NCBI GenBank assembly: GCA_964585065.1
Contig: CAZPCB010000002.1
Coordinates: 166,967 to 230,966, forward strand
DNA: 64,000 bases
Source: an uncultured Candidatus Saccharibacteria bacterium
GTDB lineage: Bacteria > Patescibacteriota > Minisyncoccia > SW-4-49-11
Direction: 5' to 3'
A model generated the notes under the pieces. That model saw nothing but the letters and a program-made list of their open reading frames with translations, ran no database searches and was not told the origin of the DNA. Positions 8,643 through 19,206 of this stretch are shown here, in pieces (position 1 is the first letter of the stretch; each line of letters starts with the position of its first letter). Both the position numbers and the translations under genes were made by a program.

Positions 8643-10262
8643 TTAATGCTTATATCCTTTACGAATATATTCTAATACCATGCGCTGAGTATTATAATAG
8701 CTTCCAATGAGGGATATTGCAGATCTTTGCATTCGGGTAAATTTTTCTCTATTATTATAAAATACATCTAGAGCATTCCCAATATTATCATACATACTAT
8801 TGATTTCCTGATACTCGTCTTCCCCCGATATTGTCCATCCATTAACATGATGTATACCACTTTCAGGCCACCAACCATCATAGGTGGATATATTGAGCAC
8901 TCCATTGAGAGAGGCCTTCATACCACTAGTTCCTGAGGCTTCATAGGATATACGAGGGGTATTAAGCCAAACATCTACACCACTAACAAGAAGTTTGGAC
9001 AATTCCATATTATAATTGGGTAAATACATAATTTTGAGATAATCGTTAGAATGCTCTTTGGCAATATCTAATATTCGTTTAATAATATCAAATCCTACAT
9101 TATCGGTGTGATAGGCCTTCCCTGCAAAAATAATATTAAGTCCTTTATATTGCTCAGCAAGTTTAGCCAGTCTCTCAATATCAGAAAATATAAGATGAGC
9201 TCTTTTGTACTCAGTAGCACGACGGGCAAATCCTATGGTGAAGGCATTGGGTAGAAAATTGATATCAGGCTGTTGTTTGAGATATTCAGCTAATATATCT
9301 TTATTGATTTGATGAGCTTGTTGTATATCAGCAATTGGAATCCCATCAATATAGCGTAAAATTTCTGGATGTGTTTCCCAGCTAGGATAATATGATTGAA
9401 ATACTTTATTCATAGATTCAGAAATCCAAGTATGACTATGAATTCCATTAGTAATAGAATCAATTATGTGTTCTGGAAACATAGCCTGAGATACTTCTTG
9501 ATGTTTTTGGGAGACGGCATTAGAATAATCAGCAAGAGACAAAGCAAGTCGCGTAAGATTAATAGTATGCTCATCTTCAAAGGCATCTTTTGGTAAATGC
9601 TGTAATTGCTCTGATGTACATATTCCTTGTAACCATTCTATAGGAAGACGAGTATGCCCGCCCAGAAGGGGAGTATGAGTAGTGAATACTACCTGAGAAA
9701 TAGGATGATCAATCACCAGTGAAATAAGGGCACTATGGCTTTCATTGAGATGAAAGGTATCAATATTATTAAGCCCAAGACTATCAAGAGCATATTTGCT
9801 CCCAAGTCCTAATATGAGTAATTGTCTTCTGAATATTTCGGGATCTGGGGAATATACTTTATCGGAAACTGCTCTGAATAAATCTGAATTCTCAGGTAAA
9901 TCAGTATCTAATAAAAGTATGGATACTGATTTATTAGAAAGAGAAGAAGTATAACTATATTCCCAAATATTGATTTGTACGGTTTCCTGTGCAAATTGAA
10001 TACTTGTTTTCCCAATTAGATTGAGTAATTTGGTATAATCCCATTCTTGAGGATTTGCAATTTGCCCTTGCTCAGCATCTAATACTTGGTCTAGATATCC
10101 ATGTTTATATAATATCCCAACACCAATTACAGGAAGTCCCAAATCAGCAAAACTTTTCATAGTGTCTCCAGCCAAAATTCCAAGACCTCCAGTATAAATT
10201 TTGATATCATCAGAAAGCCCAAATTCCATACAGATATAGGCGGTACTCGGGATATAATTCAT
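8643..10262 (-). CDS. glgP: Alpha-glucan phosphorylase
   Basis: MEFGL..YTGGLGILAGD, HLNESH, FARRATEYKR, EASGTSGMK PLP motif. Confidence 0.95.
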   Translation of the reverse strand: MNYIPSTAYICMEFGLSDDIKIYTGGLGILAGDTMKSFADLGLPVIGVGILYKHGYLDQVLDAEQGQIANPQEWDYTKLLNLIGKTSIQFAQETVQINIWEYSYTSSLSNKSVSILLLDTDLPENSDLFRAVSDKVYSPDPEIFRRQLLILGLGSKYALDSLGLNNIDTFHLNESHSALISLVIDHPISQVVFTTHTPLLGGHTRLPIEWLQGICTSEQLQHLPKDAFEDEHTINLTRLALSLADYSNAVSQKHQEVSQAMFPEHIIDSITNGIHSHTWISESMNKVFQSYYPSWETHPEILRYIDGIPIADIQQAHQINKDILAEYLKQQPDINFLPNAFTIGFARRATEYKRAHLIFSDIERLAKLAEQYKGLNIIFAGKAYHTDNVGFDIIKRILDIAKEHSNDYLKIMYLPNYNMELSKLLVSGVDVWLNTPRISYEASGTSGMKASLNGVLNISTYDGWWPESGIHHVNGWTISGEDEYQEINSMYDNIGNALDVFYNNREKFTRMQRSAISLIGSYYNTQRMVLEYIRKGYKH

Positions 10263-10311
10263 TGTATTTGTATTATGTATATCTATTAGTATAGCATATT
10301 ATTGGGATAAC

Positions 10312-10332
10312 AAAAAATCCCCTTATCGGGGA
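10312..10332 (-). terminator. Terminator downstream of rpmA
   Basis: TCCCC-TTATC-GGGGA hairpin with an adjacent A-run that reads as a U-tract on the minus strand. Confidence 0.55.
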
Positions 10333-10353
10333 CATCTTGTTATGAGAGCTAAT

Positions 10354-10626
10354 TTAGATTACAGATACTGTTTTGATGATATGCTTTTTTCCAGTAAATG
10401 AAACTTTACGAGCTTTTCCAAATTCAATAACTCCATTTGCAATTGCATATAATGTGTCATCTGCTCCACGAGAAACATTTTTTCCAGCATGAAATTTAGT
10501 TCCACGTTGTCGAATAATGATATTCCCTTTTTCTACTTTTTGTCCAGCATATAGCTTAACTCCAAGATATTTTGGGTTTGAATCTCTACCTAAGGCTGTA
10601 GAACCACCAGCTTTTCTATGTGCCAT
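10354..10626 (-). CDS. rpmA: 50S ribosomal protein L27
   Basis: [35 protein letters not shown]; start reset to 10626. Confidence 0.97.
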   Translation of the reverse strand: MAHRKAGGSTALGRDSNPKYLGVKLYAGQKVEKGNIIIRQRGTKFHAGKNVSRGADDTLYAIANGVIEFGKARKVSFTGKKHIIKTVSVI

Positions 10627-10663
10627 ATCAAATAATGTTACTATATATGGTATAATAATACAT

Positions 10664-11047
10664 ATGAAATACCAATTTGTCAAGAATAGTGAAATTGTAC
10701 TGTTGATTATATCTGCAATATTGATAGGAGGGATTGCGTATTTTATTGGAAAAATTCAAACTTTAGAATCCCAACCAAATACAATACAAGTTGTGTATCC
10801 AGATGCTATTGCAATAAAAAAGGATACTATCAATACGTCTAATCAAGCCGCGGCCCACATCAATAGTACTATTGAGACAAAATTACAAACAGGTAAAATT
10901 ATAGCGAGTAAAAATGGAAAACGATATTATTATGAATCCTGTAGCGGTGTAAATCGTATTAAGCCAGAAAACAGAATATATTTTGATACGAAAGAACAAG
11001 CTGAAGCCAAGGGATTAACTATTGCTTCTGGATGTAAAGCCTTATGA
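10664..11047 (+). CDS. Membrane-anchored protein with C-terminal Ada metal-binding-like domain
   Basis: N-terminal TM helix; [28 protein letters not shown]; start reset to ATG 10664. Confidence 0.7.
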   Translation: MKYQFVKNSEIVLLIISAILIGGIAYFIGKIQTLESQPNTIQVVYPDAIAIKKDTINTSNQAAAHINSTIETKLQTGKIIASKNGKRYYYESCSGVNRIKPENRIYFDTKEQAEAKGLTIASGCKAL

Positions 11048-11853
11048 GAAAAACCTATATTCCCCGAACATATACCAAAAAGAAATCACCTGCTCGCAAA
11101 GCAAATCGATTCATAGAAATATTCCAATTTTTTATTTGGATTATATTTTTTGGGGGAATTGGATATGCCTTATATTCACCCATATTAAATATTGTGAATA
11201 TAGATATTCGAGTAGATAATGAAATATTACAAAAAAATATTAAATCAAAGTCTGAAGATTTAATACAAGCTCATAATCATTGGTATTATAATAATAAGAA
11301 TATTCTCCTTGCTCGTAGTGATATTCTTGAGAGAGAATTACAAAAAGAATTCCCACAAATTAAACATATTACTATTAAAAGGACAATAAATCGTTCATTG
11401 GAACTCACCATTCAACTTAGAAATCCCTTATTCACTATTTGTGAAAATACTATCTGCTCCAATATTAGTGATGATGGCGTCAATATTGGTAATGATTCTC
11501 TATCGGCTTCACTCATATCATTAACTGGGATTACTCCTAAGTCTCGTGGAGAAATTGTAGTTTCAGAGAGAGAAATAGCTTGGTTTAAAACTATTGTGGA
11601 AATGTATAATCAAATTGATGGCGTAAAAGTATCCTCAATTGCCATACAGCAAAAAGCAGAGAATAGAATATTGGGGGTATTCGTCTATACAGAACAAGGA
11701 TATTATATTATGCTAGATTTAGATACAGATATTATTTATCAAGCAGGGGCTTTAAAACAAGTCTTTATATCCCAGCTGCCTCCAGATCAAAGGCCTAATC
11801 TTCAATATATTGATTTACGGGTAAAGGATAGAGTATATTATAAGTTTAAATAA
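11044..11853 (+). CDS. ftsQ: Cell division protein FtsQ/DivIB-like
   Basis: Basic N-terminus, one TM helix, POTRA-like region, C-terminal YIDLRVKDRVYYK. Confidence 0.7.
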   Translation: MRKTYIPRTYTKKKSPARKANRFIEIFQFFIWIIFFGGIGYALYSPILNIVNIDIRVDNEILQKNIKSKSEDLIQAHNHWYYNNKNILLARSDILERELQKEFPQIKHITIKRTINRSLELTIQLRNPLFTICENTICSNISDDGVNIGNDSLSASLISLTGITPKSRGEIVVSEREIAWFKTIVEMYNQIDGVKVSSIAIQQKAENRILGVFVYTEQGYYIMLDLDTDIIYQAGALKQVFISQLPPDQRPNLQYIDLRVKDRVYYKFK

Positions 11854-11856
11854 TGT

Positions 11857-13650
11857 ATGAAACAGCATATTATCAAGTGGTATAATAAAATTCCCCTATG
11901 GGGATATGTTTTAGGTATTACGATAATACTTGCTGTGTTGGCATTTGGATCAAGTGCTGGAGATTCGTTAACAGTTGATGAAAGTCCTCATATTGGAGCT
12001 GGATATTCATATATTGCAAAGGGGGATTATCGACTGAATCCAGAACATCCACCTTTATTAAAAATGTTATCAGGGTCTTCTATTTGGCTTGGAGCAAAGC
12101 TCACGGGGAATACCGTTAATTTCCCAGATACTATTCCTGCTTGGACAGAAAAGGTTAATGCCCAATGGGATATTGGATATGCATTTCTCTTTCAATCAGG
12201 TAATGATGCTAATACTATTATATGGTGGGCTCGACTACCAACTATATTGATATTACTTTTAGGAGGGATTTATTTGACCTATTCGGTATATTATCATACT
12301 AAGAGTAAAGCTATTAGTGTTATTACCATTATATTATATGCATTTTCTCCTAATGTAATTGCTCACGGACGTCTTGTGACAACTGATATTATTGCAAGTA
12401 TGTCATTTATTATTGCTATTGATATTTGGGTGCGTTATCTCAAAAATCCTACCATTAAATATATTGGTTTACTTATTGTAGCTATATCATTTGCCTTTTT
12501 GTCTAAATTTTCTACTATTCTTTTATTGCCATTATTTTTTATGACCGGATTTGGGTATATTGCAGTAAAGTATTGGGGTAAAAAAAATATAATACGTAAA
12601 GGTGGTATTCTATTGCGAGATGCCCTTATTATAGCTATGGGAGTATTTGTAATTATCAATGGAGTATATTATTATACTATGCGAAATATGAGTGTTGATA
12701 CACAAATGAAATTAATTCAAGAATCATTCCCGCAAGATAATGCTATATCTCAAATTACAAAAAACAGTTTATCCCAGGTGGTTAATACTCCAGGGCTACA
12801 ATATTTTGGACAATATCTTTTAGGTCAGTCTATGGCAATACAAAGAGTAGGTGGGGGGAATACTACCTTTTTATTAGGGAGATTTACTAATCAGAGTTTT
12901 ACTGAGTATTTTCCAATCACCTATATATTAAAAGAACATTTAGGTATACTTGCGGTATTAGCAAGCTTACTACTAGTGAGTATAGTTCTTGGGATTCGAG
13001 CTATTCAGCATAAAAAGTTGAAATTCAATAGAAAATGGTTGCTCAAATACTGGTATGAATGGACGATAATCACTATGATACTCTTATATTGGTTTATTAG
13101 TATAAGAGGGAATTTGAATCTTGGAATACGACATATATTACCTGCCGTCATATTAACTTATATAATTATTGCTATTGGAATTGTACGTATATTATTACCT
13201 TTGAAATTTTCAAAAATAATTCTTGGTATATTTTTGATATGGTATATTGCTGCCACATTACTTGCATATCCTTCTTATCTCTCTCATTTAAATGTATTGG
13301 CAGGTCATGATCAAGGCTATCAAATCTTTACTGATTCTAATCTTGATTGGGGTCAGGACTTAAAACGATTGCATACATGGACGAAAGAGCAAAATATTGA
13401 TACACTATATATAGATTATTTTGGAACTGGAGATGTGAAATATTATCTTCCAGATATCAATATAATACCAGTAAAATCGAATGATGGACCTAAAATTGGC
13501 TATACTGCAATTAGTGCGACTATGTTTCAAGATTCATTTTATCTGAAACAAAAAAATCCAAATTATCAAGAATATTGGTGGTTAGCATGGAAAAAGCCAG
13601 ATTATATTATTGGGAATTCCATATTAATTTATTATAATAGCAGATATTAA
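11857..13650 (+). CDS. GT-C membrane glycosyltransferase (GT39/ArnT-like)
   Basis: TVDE..H, LNPEHPPLLK, many TM helices, DSNLDWGQDL. Confidence 0.8.
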   Translation: MKQHIIKWYNKIPLWGYVLGITIILAVLAFGSSAGDSLTVDESPHIGAGYSYIAKGDYRLNPEHPPLLKMLSGSSIWLGAKLTGNTVNFPDTIPAWTEKVNAQWDIGYAFLFQSGNDANTIIWWARLPTILILLLGGIYLTYSVYYHTKSKAISVITIILYAFSPNVIAHGRLVTTDIIASMSFIIAIDIWVRYLKNPTIKYIGLLIVAISFAFLSKFSTILLLPLFFMTGFGYIAVKYWGKKNIIRKGGILLRDALIIAMGVFVIINGVYYYTMRNMSVDTQMKLIQESFPQDNAISQITKNSLSQVVNTPGLQYFGQYLLGQSMAIQRVGGGNTTFLLGRFTNQSFTEYFPITYILKEHLGILAVLASLLLVSIVLGIRAIQHKKLKFNRKWLLKYWYEWTIITMILLYWFISIRGNLNLGIRHILPAVILTYIIIAIGIVRILLPLKFSKIILGIFLIWYIAATLLAYPSYLSHLNVLAGHDQGYQIFTDSNLDWGQDLKRLHTWTKEQNIDTLYIDYFGTGDVKYYLPDINIIPVKSNDGPKIGYTAISATMFQDSFYLKQKNPNYQEYWWLAWKKPDYIIGNSILIYYNSRY

Positions 13651-13654
13651 TTCC

Positions 13655-14116
13655 ATGGCAGAAATACAAAACAATTCAGAATCAATACCCCCACTAGAAC
13701 ACAATACTCCATCAGAACAAAGTATTGAGCGTAATTTCGAACAAATTACTCCTTTAGAGCAAAATAATCCAGTGGTGGAAAAGTATATAGAGAGCTCAGC
13801 ATATCAGGAGGCGCAAACTCATATCAAACAAGTAGTAGAAGAACAAAAAGTTGTACATCAACAAAATCCTATTGCAAAACCTTTATCTCCAAAATTACAA
13901 GAAAAATATGGATGGTTATTATCAATTCCAGAAGAGACAAGAACAGAAGTTTCTGTTAAATTGATTACCACAAAAGGTAAAGATATATTAGAGGTAATAC
14001 ATGCTTTTTTAGCTATTGAAGATTATGTAGGATTAGATAGATTGGAGGAATCTTTGAATGAAGTCTATCCAACTTTGATTCAAGAAGGTATACTAAGAGA
14101 TATACACGATAAATAA
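13655..14116 (+). CDS. Acidic hypothetical protein
   Basis: 153-aa ORF tightly packed in an operon; Glu/Pro/Gln-rich N-terminus. Confidence 0.7.
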   Translation: MAEIQNNSESIPPLEHNTPSEQSIERNFEQITPLEQNNPVVEKYIESSAYQEAQTHIKQVVEEQKVVHQQNPIAKPLSPKLQEKYGWLLSIPEETRTEVSVKLITTKGKDILEVIHAFLAIEDYVGLDRLEESLNEVYPTLIQEGILRDIHDK

Positions 14117-14124
14117 ATATCAAT

Positions 14125-16548
14125 ATGATAATTGTACTCTATGTACTGCTAGTGCTATGGGTTATTGCTATAACATTTATTATAGCAACGGTTATTATAC
14201 ATCCATTTTGGGAAAAACGTCGTATTAATCGGGGACTTGCAATGACACAATATCAAATTATTGTACCTCGCAATATCCCTAATCCAGAAGCTAATATCAA
14301 AGATTTAATTAGTGTGATGGAACAGGTATATGCGGGGTTCTCTTATCTCAAATTAGAGAAATTAGTCAATCGTCTTAGATATGGGAGTCCTTATATTTCT
14401 CTTGAAATTGTAAGCCCTACCGAGCGAGATGAAATTAATTTTTATATTGGAGTTCCAAAAGGGTATGAATCTATTTTTGAAAAACAAATTCATGGAGTAT
14501 ATCCAGAAGCTGAGCTGAAGCATATTACCGATTATAATGTATTACTCCCTGAAGGAGAAATTCGGGCCGGATACTTACAGCTTAAAAAACCCTATATTCT
14601 CCCTATTAGAACCTATAAAGAATTAGAAACTAATCCTTTGAATGTGATTACCTCGGCTCTGTCTAAAATTCAGGAAGATGAAAGTGCAGTGGTACAGATT
14701 TTAATACAAAGAGTATCGGATGATTGGAGTAGTAGTGGTAAGAAGGTAGTGAAAAAAATGCAAAAAGGAGAAAGCTTCAAAAATGCATATAATGAAGTTT
14801 TTGGGGGGATTGATAAGCAATTTTTGAAAACTTTAGGTTCTGCTACAAAGTCTAAATCAACGGAAGTCTCTGAGCCAAAAATGTTAAGTCCTCAGGAGTC
14901 TATTATGATGGAGAAAATTAGTCAAAAAACAGGTAAAATTGCCTATGCGACTAATATTAGATTATTAACTATATCTCGAGATAGCCAAAGAGCAGATGTA
15001 TTATTTGATCAATTAGAGGGTGCTTTTTCTCAATTTGCCAATGGAGATCTGAATCAATTTAAAGTAATCAAATATCCTATAAAGAATATTAAACAATTTA
15101 TTTATACCTTTATATTCCGATTATTCTCAGTAAAAGAATCAATGTTATTAAATAGTGAGGAATTGACGAGTATATATCATATTCCTGCTGTGGGAGTGGA
15201 GACTCCAAAAGTAACTTGGATTACTTCTAAAACCTCACATCCTCCAGTTGATTTGCCAAAGGAAGGATTATTATTAGGGAAGAATATATATCGTGGTGAA
15301 GAAATTGAGGTAAGAATTGCAGAAGAGGATAGGAGACGTCATATGTATCTTATTGGACAAACAGGAACAGGTAAAAGTTCTTTGATGAAAAAAATGATAC
15401 AAGAAGATTTGCAAGCAGGACATGGTCTTGCTCTATTAGATCCTAATGGAGATTTTGCCGTGGAAGTATTGGGTATGATTCCAGAGCATCGTATGCAAGA
15501 TGTGATTTATTTTAATCCTGCTGATACTAATTATCCTATGGGACTTAATATTCTGGAAGCCCGCACACATGAGGAAAAAGATTTCTTGATACAAGAAATG
15601 ATTTCTATTTTTTATAAATTGGTATCTGATCCAAGTATGATAGGGCCAATATTTGAGCATAATATGCGAATGGCAATGTCAGCTTTAATGTCAGATGTCA
15701 ATAATCCAAGAACTCTGGTAGAAATACCTCTTATGTTTACTGATGAGGCATTTAGGAGACAAGTATTATTAACAGTTGACGATCCTGTCATACGGCATTT
15801 TTGGGAAAAAGAATTCCCTGCTACACAAAAAGGATCTCAAGCAGGAGATACACTTGGATATCTATTGAGTAAATTAGGGCGATTCATAGAAAATGAAATG
15901 GTACGTAATATTATTGGGCAATCTCGTTCAGCCTTTGATTTTCAAGATATTATGAATTCAGGTAAAATTTTGATTGGTAATCTTTCTAAAGGAGGGTTGG
16001 GAGAACAGAATAGCAATTTATTAGGTATGTTACTGGTATCCAAATTACAAATGGCAGCCTTTAAGCGAAATGAAATTCCAGAAGAACAGAGAAGAGATTT
16101 TTATTTGTATTTAGATGAGTTTCAAAACTTTACCACAGATAGTATATCTACCATTCTCTCTGAGGCTCGCAAATATCGATTATGTCTCATATTGGCCCAT
16201 CAATATATAGGACAATTATCTGAGGGGATAAAGAATGCAGTATTTGGGAATGTGGGTACTGTGGTGAGTTTCCGTATTGGCTCCGAGGATGCTGAAATTA
16301 TTGCTCAGCGTATGCAACCATATTATAGTGCTGAGGATTTAGTGTCAATTGACAATCTAAAGTCAGTAATAACCTTGATGATACAGGGTAAGACCAGTAA
16401 AGCTTTTAATATGGATATTATATTCGCTGATAAGACGAATGCATCTTTACAACAACGGGTAATATTAGAGTCTCGCAATAAATATGCCAAGCCGGCAGCT
16501 GAAATACGAGCGGATATATCGAGTCGTACGCAAAGTATGTTCGAATAG
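14125..16548 (+). CDS. TraD/VirD4/HerA(DUF87)-like coupling ATPase
   Basis: N-terminal TM; DRRRHMYLIGQTGTGKS Walker A; LYLDEFQNF Walker B; LSEARKYRL; AHQYIGQL. Confidence 0.85.
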   Translation: MIIVLYVLLVLWVIAITFIIATVIIHPFWEKRRINRGLAMTQYQIIVPRNIPNPEANIKDLISVMEQVYAGFSYLKLEKLVNRLRYGSPYISLEIVSPTERDEINFYIGVPKGYESIFEKQIHGVYPEAELKHITDYNVLLPEGEIRAGYLQLKKPYILPIRTYKELETNPLNVITSALSKIQEDESAVVQILIQRVSDDWSSSGKKVVKKMQKGESFKNAYNEVFGGIDKQFLKTLGSATKSKSTEVSEPKMLSPQESIMMEKISQKTGKIAYATNIRLLTISRDSQRADVLFDQLEGAFSQFANGDLNQFKVIKYPIKNIKQFIYTFIFRLFSVKESMLLNSEELTSIYHIPAVGVETPKVTWITSKTSHPPVDLPKEGLLLGKNIYRGEEIEVRIAEEDRRRHMYLIGQTGTGKSSLMKKMIQEDLQAGHGLALLDPNGDFAVEVLGMIPEHRMQDVIYFNPADTNYPMGLNILEARTHEEKDFLIQEMISIFYKLVSDPSMIGPIFEHNMRMAMSALMSDVNNPRTLVEIPLMFTDEAFRRQVLLTVDDPVIRHFWEKEFPATQKGSQAGDTLGYLLSKLGRFIENEMVRNIIGQSRSAFDFQDIMNSGKILIGNLSKGGLGEQNSNLLGMLLVSKLQMAAFKRNEIPEEQRRDFYLYLDEFQNFTTDSISTILSEARKYRLCLILAHQYIGQLSEGIKNAVFGNVGTVVSFRIGSEDAEIIAQRMQPYYSAEDLVSIDNLKSVITLMIQGKTSKAFNMDIIFADKTNASLQQRVILESRNKYAKPAAEIRADISSRTQSMFE

Positions 16549-16603
16549 AAATATAGCTAGTATATGATATACTTAATAGTATATTGAAATTATAATAGAG
16601 ATT

Positions 16604-17578
16604 ATGAGTAATATTTGTCTTACAGGAATACAGCCGACAGGAAAATTACATATTGGGAATTATTTTGGGGCAATGAAACCTCTATTAGAATTGTCACAGA
16701 ATTCTGAAATTGATAGCATATTTATTTTTGTGGCGAATCTTCATGCTCTTAATAGTATTAAAGATGCGGAGACATTAAAGGCTTATACTACTGATATTGT
16801 ACTTGATTATCTTGCTTTGGGGCTCGATATCAATAAAACCAGTTTATTCCTACAATCAGATATACGAGAGCTTACTGAGCTTACTTGGATATTCAATAAT
16901 CTTGTTAGTGTTGCCTATCTCGAGCGTTCACATGCCTATAAAGATGCTATTGCTAATGGGAAAGAAGCAAGTATGGGATTGTTTGATTATCCGGTATTAA
17001 TGGCAGCAGATATATTATTATATAAATCAACTATTGTACCCGTAGGGCAAGATCAAAAACAACATATTGAGATAGCACAAAAAATTGCAGATAAATTTAA
17101 TTCTCAATATGGAGAAATTTTTATTAGACCAAAGCCCTATATTCAATCAGAAACTGCTATTGTACAGGGACTTGATGGGAGGAAAATGAGTAAATCATAT
17201 AAGAATACCATAGAATTATTTGAAGCTGAGAATAGTATTCGTTTAAAAGTCAGTAAAATAATAACAGACTCCAAAGCACCAAATGAACCAAAAGACCCAA
17301 CAACCTGTAATATATTATCTTTATATCGTCTATTTGCATCCCCAGAGGAAATTACTCATATTGAGGGTCAATATCGAGAGGGGACTATATCATATCGTGA
17401 AGCAAAAGAATTATTAGCTGAAGCAATTTTAAGCTATTTTGCCGCTATTCGCCAAAAGCGACAAGAATTATTATCACAACCAGAATATATACAAGATATA
17501 TTACATAAAGGATCTCAAAATGCTCAAACTATTGCAAAAGAAACTATGAATCAAGTTCGACAAGTAGTAGGTATATAA
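16604..17578 (+). CDS. trpS: Tryptophan--tRNA ligase
   Basis: TGIQPTGKLHIGNY, YPVLMAADIL, VPVGQDQKQH, KMSKS. Confidence 0.97.
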   Translation: MSNICLTGIQPTGKLHIGNYFGAMKPLLELSQNSEIDSIFIFVANLHALNSIKDAETLKAYTTDIVLDYLALGLDINKTSLFLQSDIRELTELTWIFNNLVSVAYLERSHAYKDAIANGKEASMGLFDYPVLMAADILLYKSTIVPVGQDQKQHIEIAQKIADKFNSQYGEIFIRPKPYIQSETAIVQGLDGRKMSKSYKNTIELFEAENSIRLKVSKIITDSKAPNEPKDPTTCNILSLYRLFASPEEITHIEGQYREGTISYREAKELLAEAILSYFAAIRQKRQELLSQPEYIQDILHKGSQNAQTIAKETMNQVRQVVGI

Positions 17579-17584
17579 TAAAAA

Positions 17585-19195
17585 TTATAAACTATCTTTA
17601 AAGATATCAGCAATGGTATCATTCATATCTTTTGGCTCATCATTGTCTATTGAATGAGAGAGTTCATAGTTATGAGCTGGAGCGGTGATTTTTTGCGCAA
17701 TAAAATTAATACCAACAATGGATTCTATAAATTCAGCAATACTATCTAATATAATATTGCTATGTTTTTCTAATCTATCTCGATAAAAATTAGACTCAAC
17801 TGCAATAGTTAGGGTTTCATCAGATAATTCAATAGGTTGGGTTTTAGCAAATATAACACTAAGACTTTTATTTGATTTGCTAAGAGACTTATTAATTTCA
17901 GGATAGAGTTTTTGGACATTATCAATATCAGGAGATACAGTTTTTCTGATGGGAGCTGGAGCTTTGATCTCAGCTTTAATAGGTTCTTGTATTTTAGGTT
18001 CGATTTCATATTTAGCTTTAGACTCTTTAATCTCGGTTTTTGTGATAGATTTTTTTAATTCTTTTGTCCTAGGGATAGTATCAATTTCAGTATCAGATGG
18101 GGGAGTATTCTGGCCCCATATTTGAGCAATAATTAATTCTAGGGGTAAATAGGGGATATAGGCAGAATGAGTTTGAGATTTTACTCTTTCTAATTCTTGT
18201 ATGAATATAATAATTTTTGACTGAGTAATAGCTTTAGAGAGCTTGGTAAGCTTATCATACTCAGACTCTAATAATGGGCTTATATCAAGTAAATTAGGGC
18301 TAATTTGTATCAGGAATATTGAATGAGATATGGTCAGTAAGTTCAATAACAATTGTGGTATTCCAAATCCCTCATCATAAAGATTATGAATATGTCTAAT
18401 GGCGGGATACAAATCTCCCTTGGAGAGAAATTCTAATAATGTGTAGGCTTCAAAATAGGAGTTTTTACCAAGAATTGTTGAGGCAAATTCAGTATTAATA
18501 TCTTTTATTCCAGAGGAAATAAGTTTGCCTAAAATACTCTCAGCATCTCTGGCTCCTCCCATAGCCTGTAGGATAACTTGATTTACCACAGACTCATCAA
18601 TAGTAACTTTTTCGGCTTTTGTGATATACAGAATTTTTTCTCTAAGCTCAGCTGAAGATAGGGGTTTGAAATCAAATTTTTGTACACGAGATAAAATGGT
18701 AGGGAGCATTTTATGGGCATCGGTTGTTGCTAGTATAAATATGGTATTCTTTGGGGGTTCTTCAAGAGTTTTCAATAATGCATTAGAGGCATCCTTGGTG
18801 AGCATATGAGACTCATCAATAATATAAATTTTATATCCATTTTTTTGAGAGGGGGCAAAACGCACAGCTTCCTTGAGATTGCGAATTTCATCAATACCGC
18901 GATTAGAGGCGGCATCAATTTCAATTAAATCAATAAAAGCATTGTCATTAATTGCCTTACAATTATCACAAATATTACATGGTTCAGCAGAATTCTCTTT
19001 GCGCTTGAGACAATTGAGTGCCTTGGCAAAAATTCTTGCCATAGTAGTTTTACCAGTACCACGAGGTCCACTAAATAAATAAGAATGCACCGTACGATTA
19101 TGAATAATAGCATTCTGAAGAGTGGTCTTCACAATTTCTTGTCCAACAACTTGTGTGAAAGTTTGAGGTCTATAAGTTCGGTATAAGGCTGGCAT
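17585..19195 (-). CDS. dnaX: DNA polymerase III subunit gamma/tau
   Basis: LYRTYRPQTF, GPRGTGKTT, Zn-binding Cys cluster, EIDAASNRGID, NALLKTLEEPP. Confidence 0.97.
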   Translation of the reverse strand: MPALYRTYRPQTFTQVVGQEIVKTTLQNAIIHNRTVHSYLFSGPRGTGKTTMARIFAKALNCLKRKENSAEPCNICDNCKAINDNAFIDLIEIDAASNRGIDEIRNLKEAVRFAPSQKNGYKIYIIDESHMLTKDASNALLKTLEEPPKNTIFILATTDAHKMLPTILSRVQKFDFKPLSSAELREKILYITKAEKVTIDESVVNQVILQAMGGARDAESILGKLISSGIKDINTEFASTILGKNSYFEAYTLLEFLSKGDLYPAIRHIHNLYDEGFGIPQLLLNLLTISHSIFLIQISPNLLDISPLLESEYDKLTKLSKAITQSKIIIFIQELERVKSQTHSAYIPYLPLELIIAQIWGQNTPPSDTEIDTIPRTKELKKSITKTEIKESKAKYEIEPKIQEPIKAEIKAPAPIRKTVSPDIDNVQKLYPEINKSLSKSNKSLSVIFAKTQPIELSDETLTIAVESNFYRDRLEKHSNIILDSIAEFIESIVGINFIAQKITAPAHNYELSHSIDNDEPKDMNDTIADIFKDSL

Positions 19196-19206
19196 ATATC
19201 TGTGTA

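Noticed and set aside
18040-18060. A7 run in the dnaX linker as a gamma-producing frameshift site
   Set aside because: The position is plausible and the -1 frame stops soon after, but A7 runs are common in this AT-rich DNA and no stimulatory hairpin or SD was seen.
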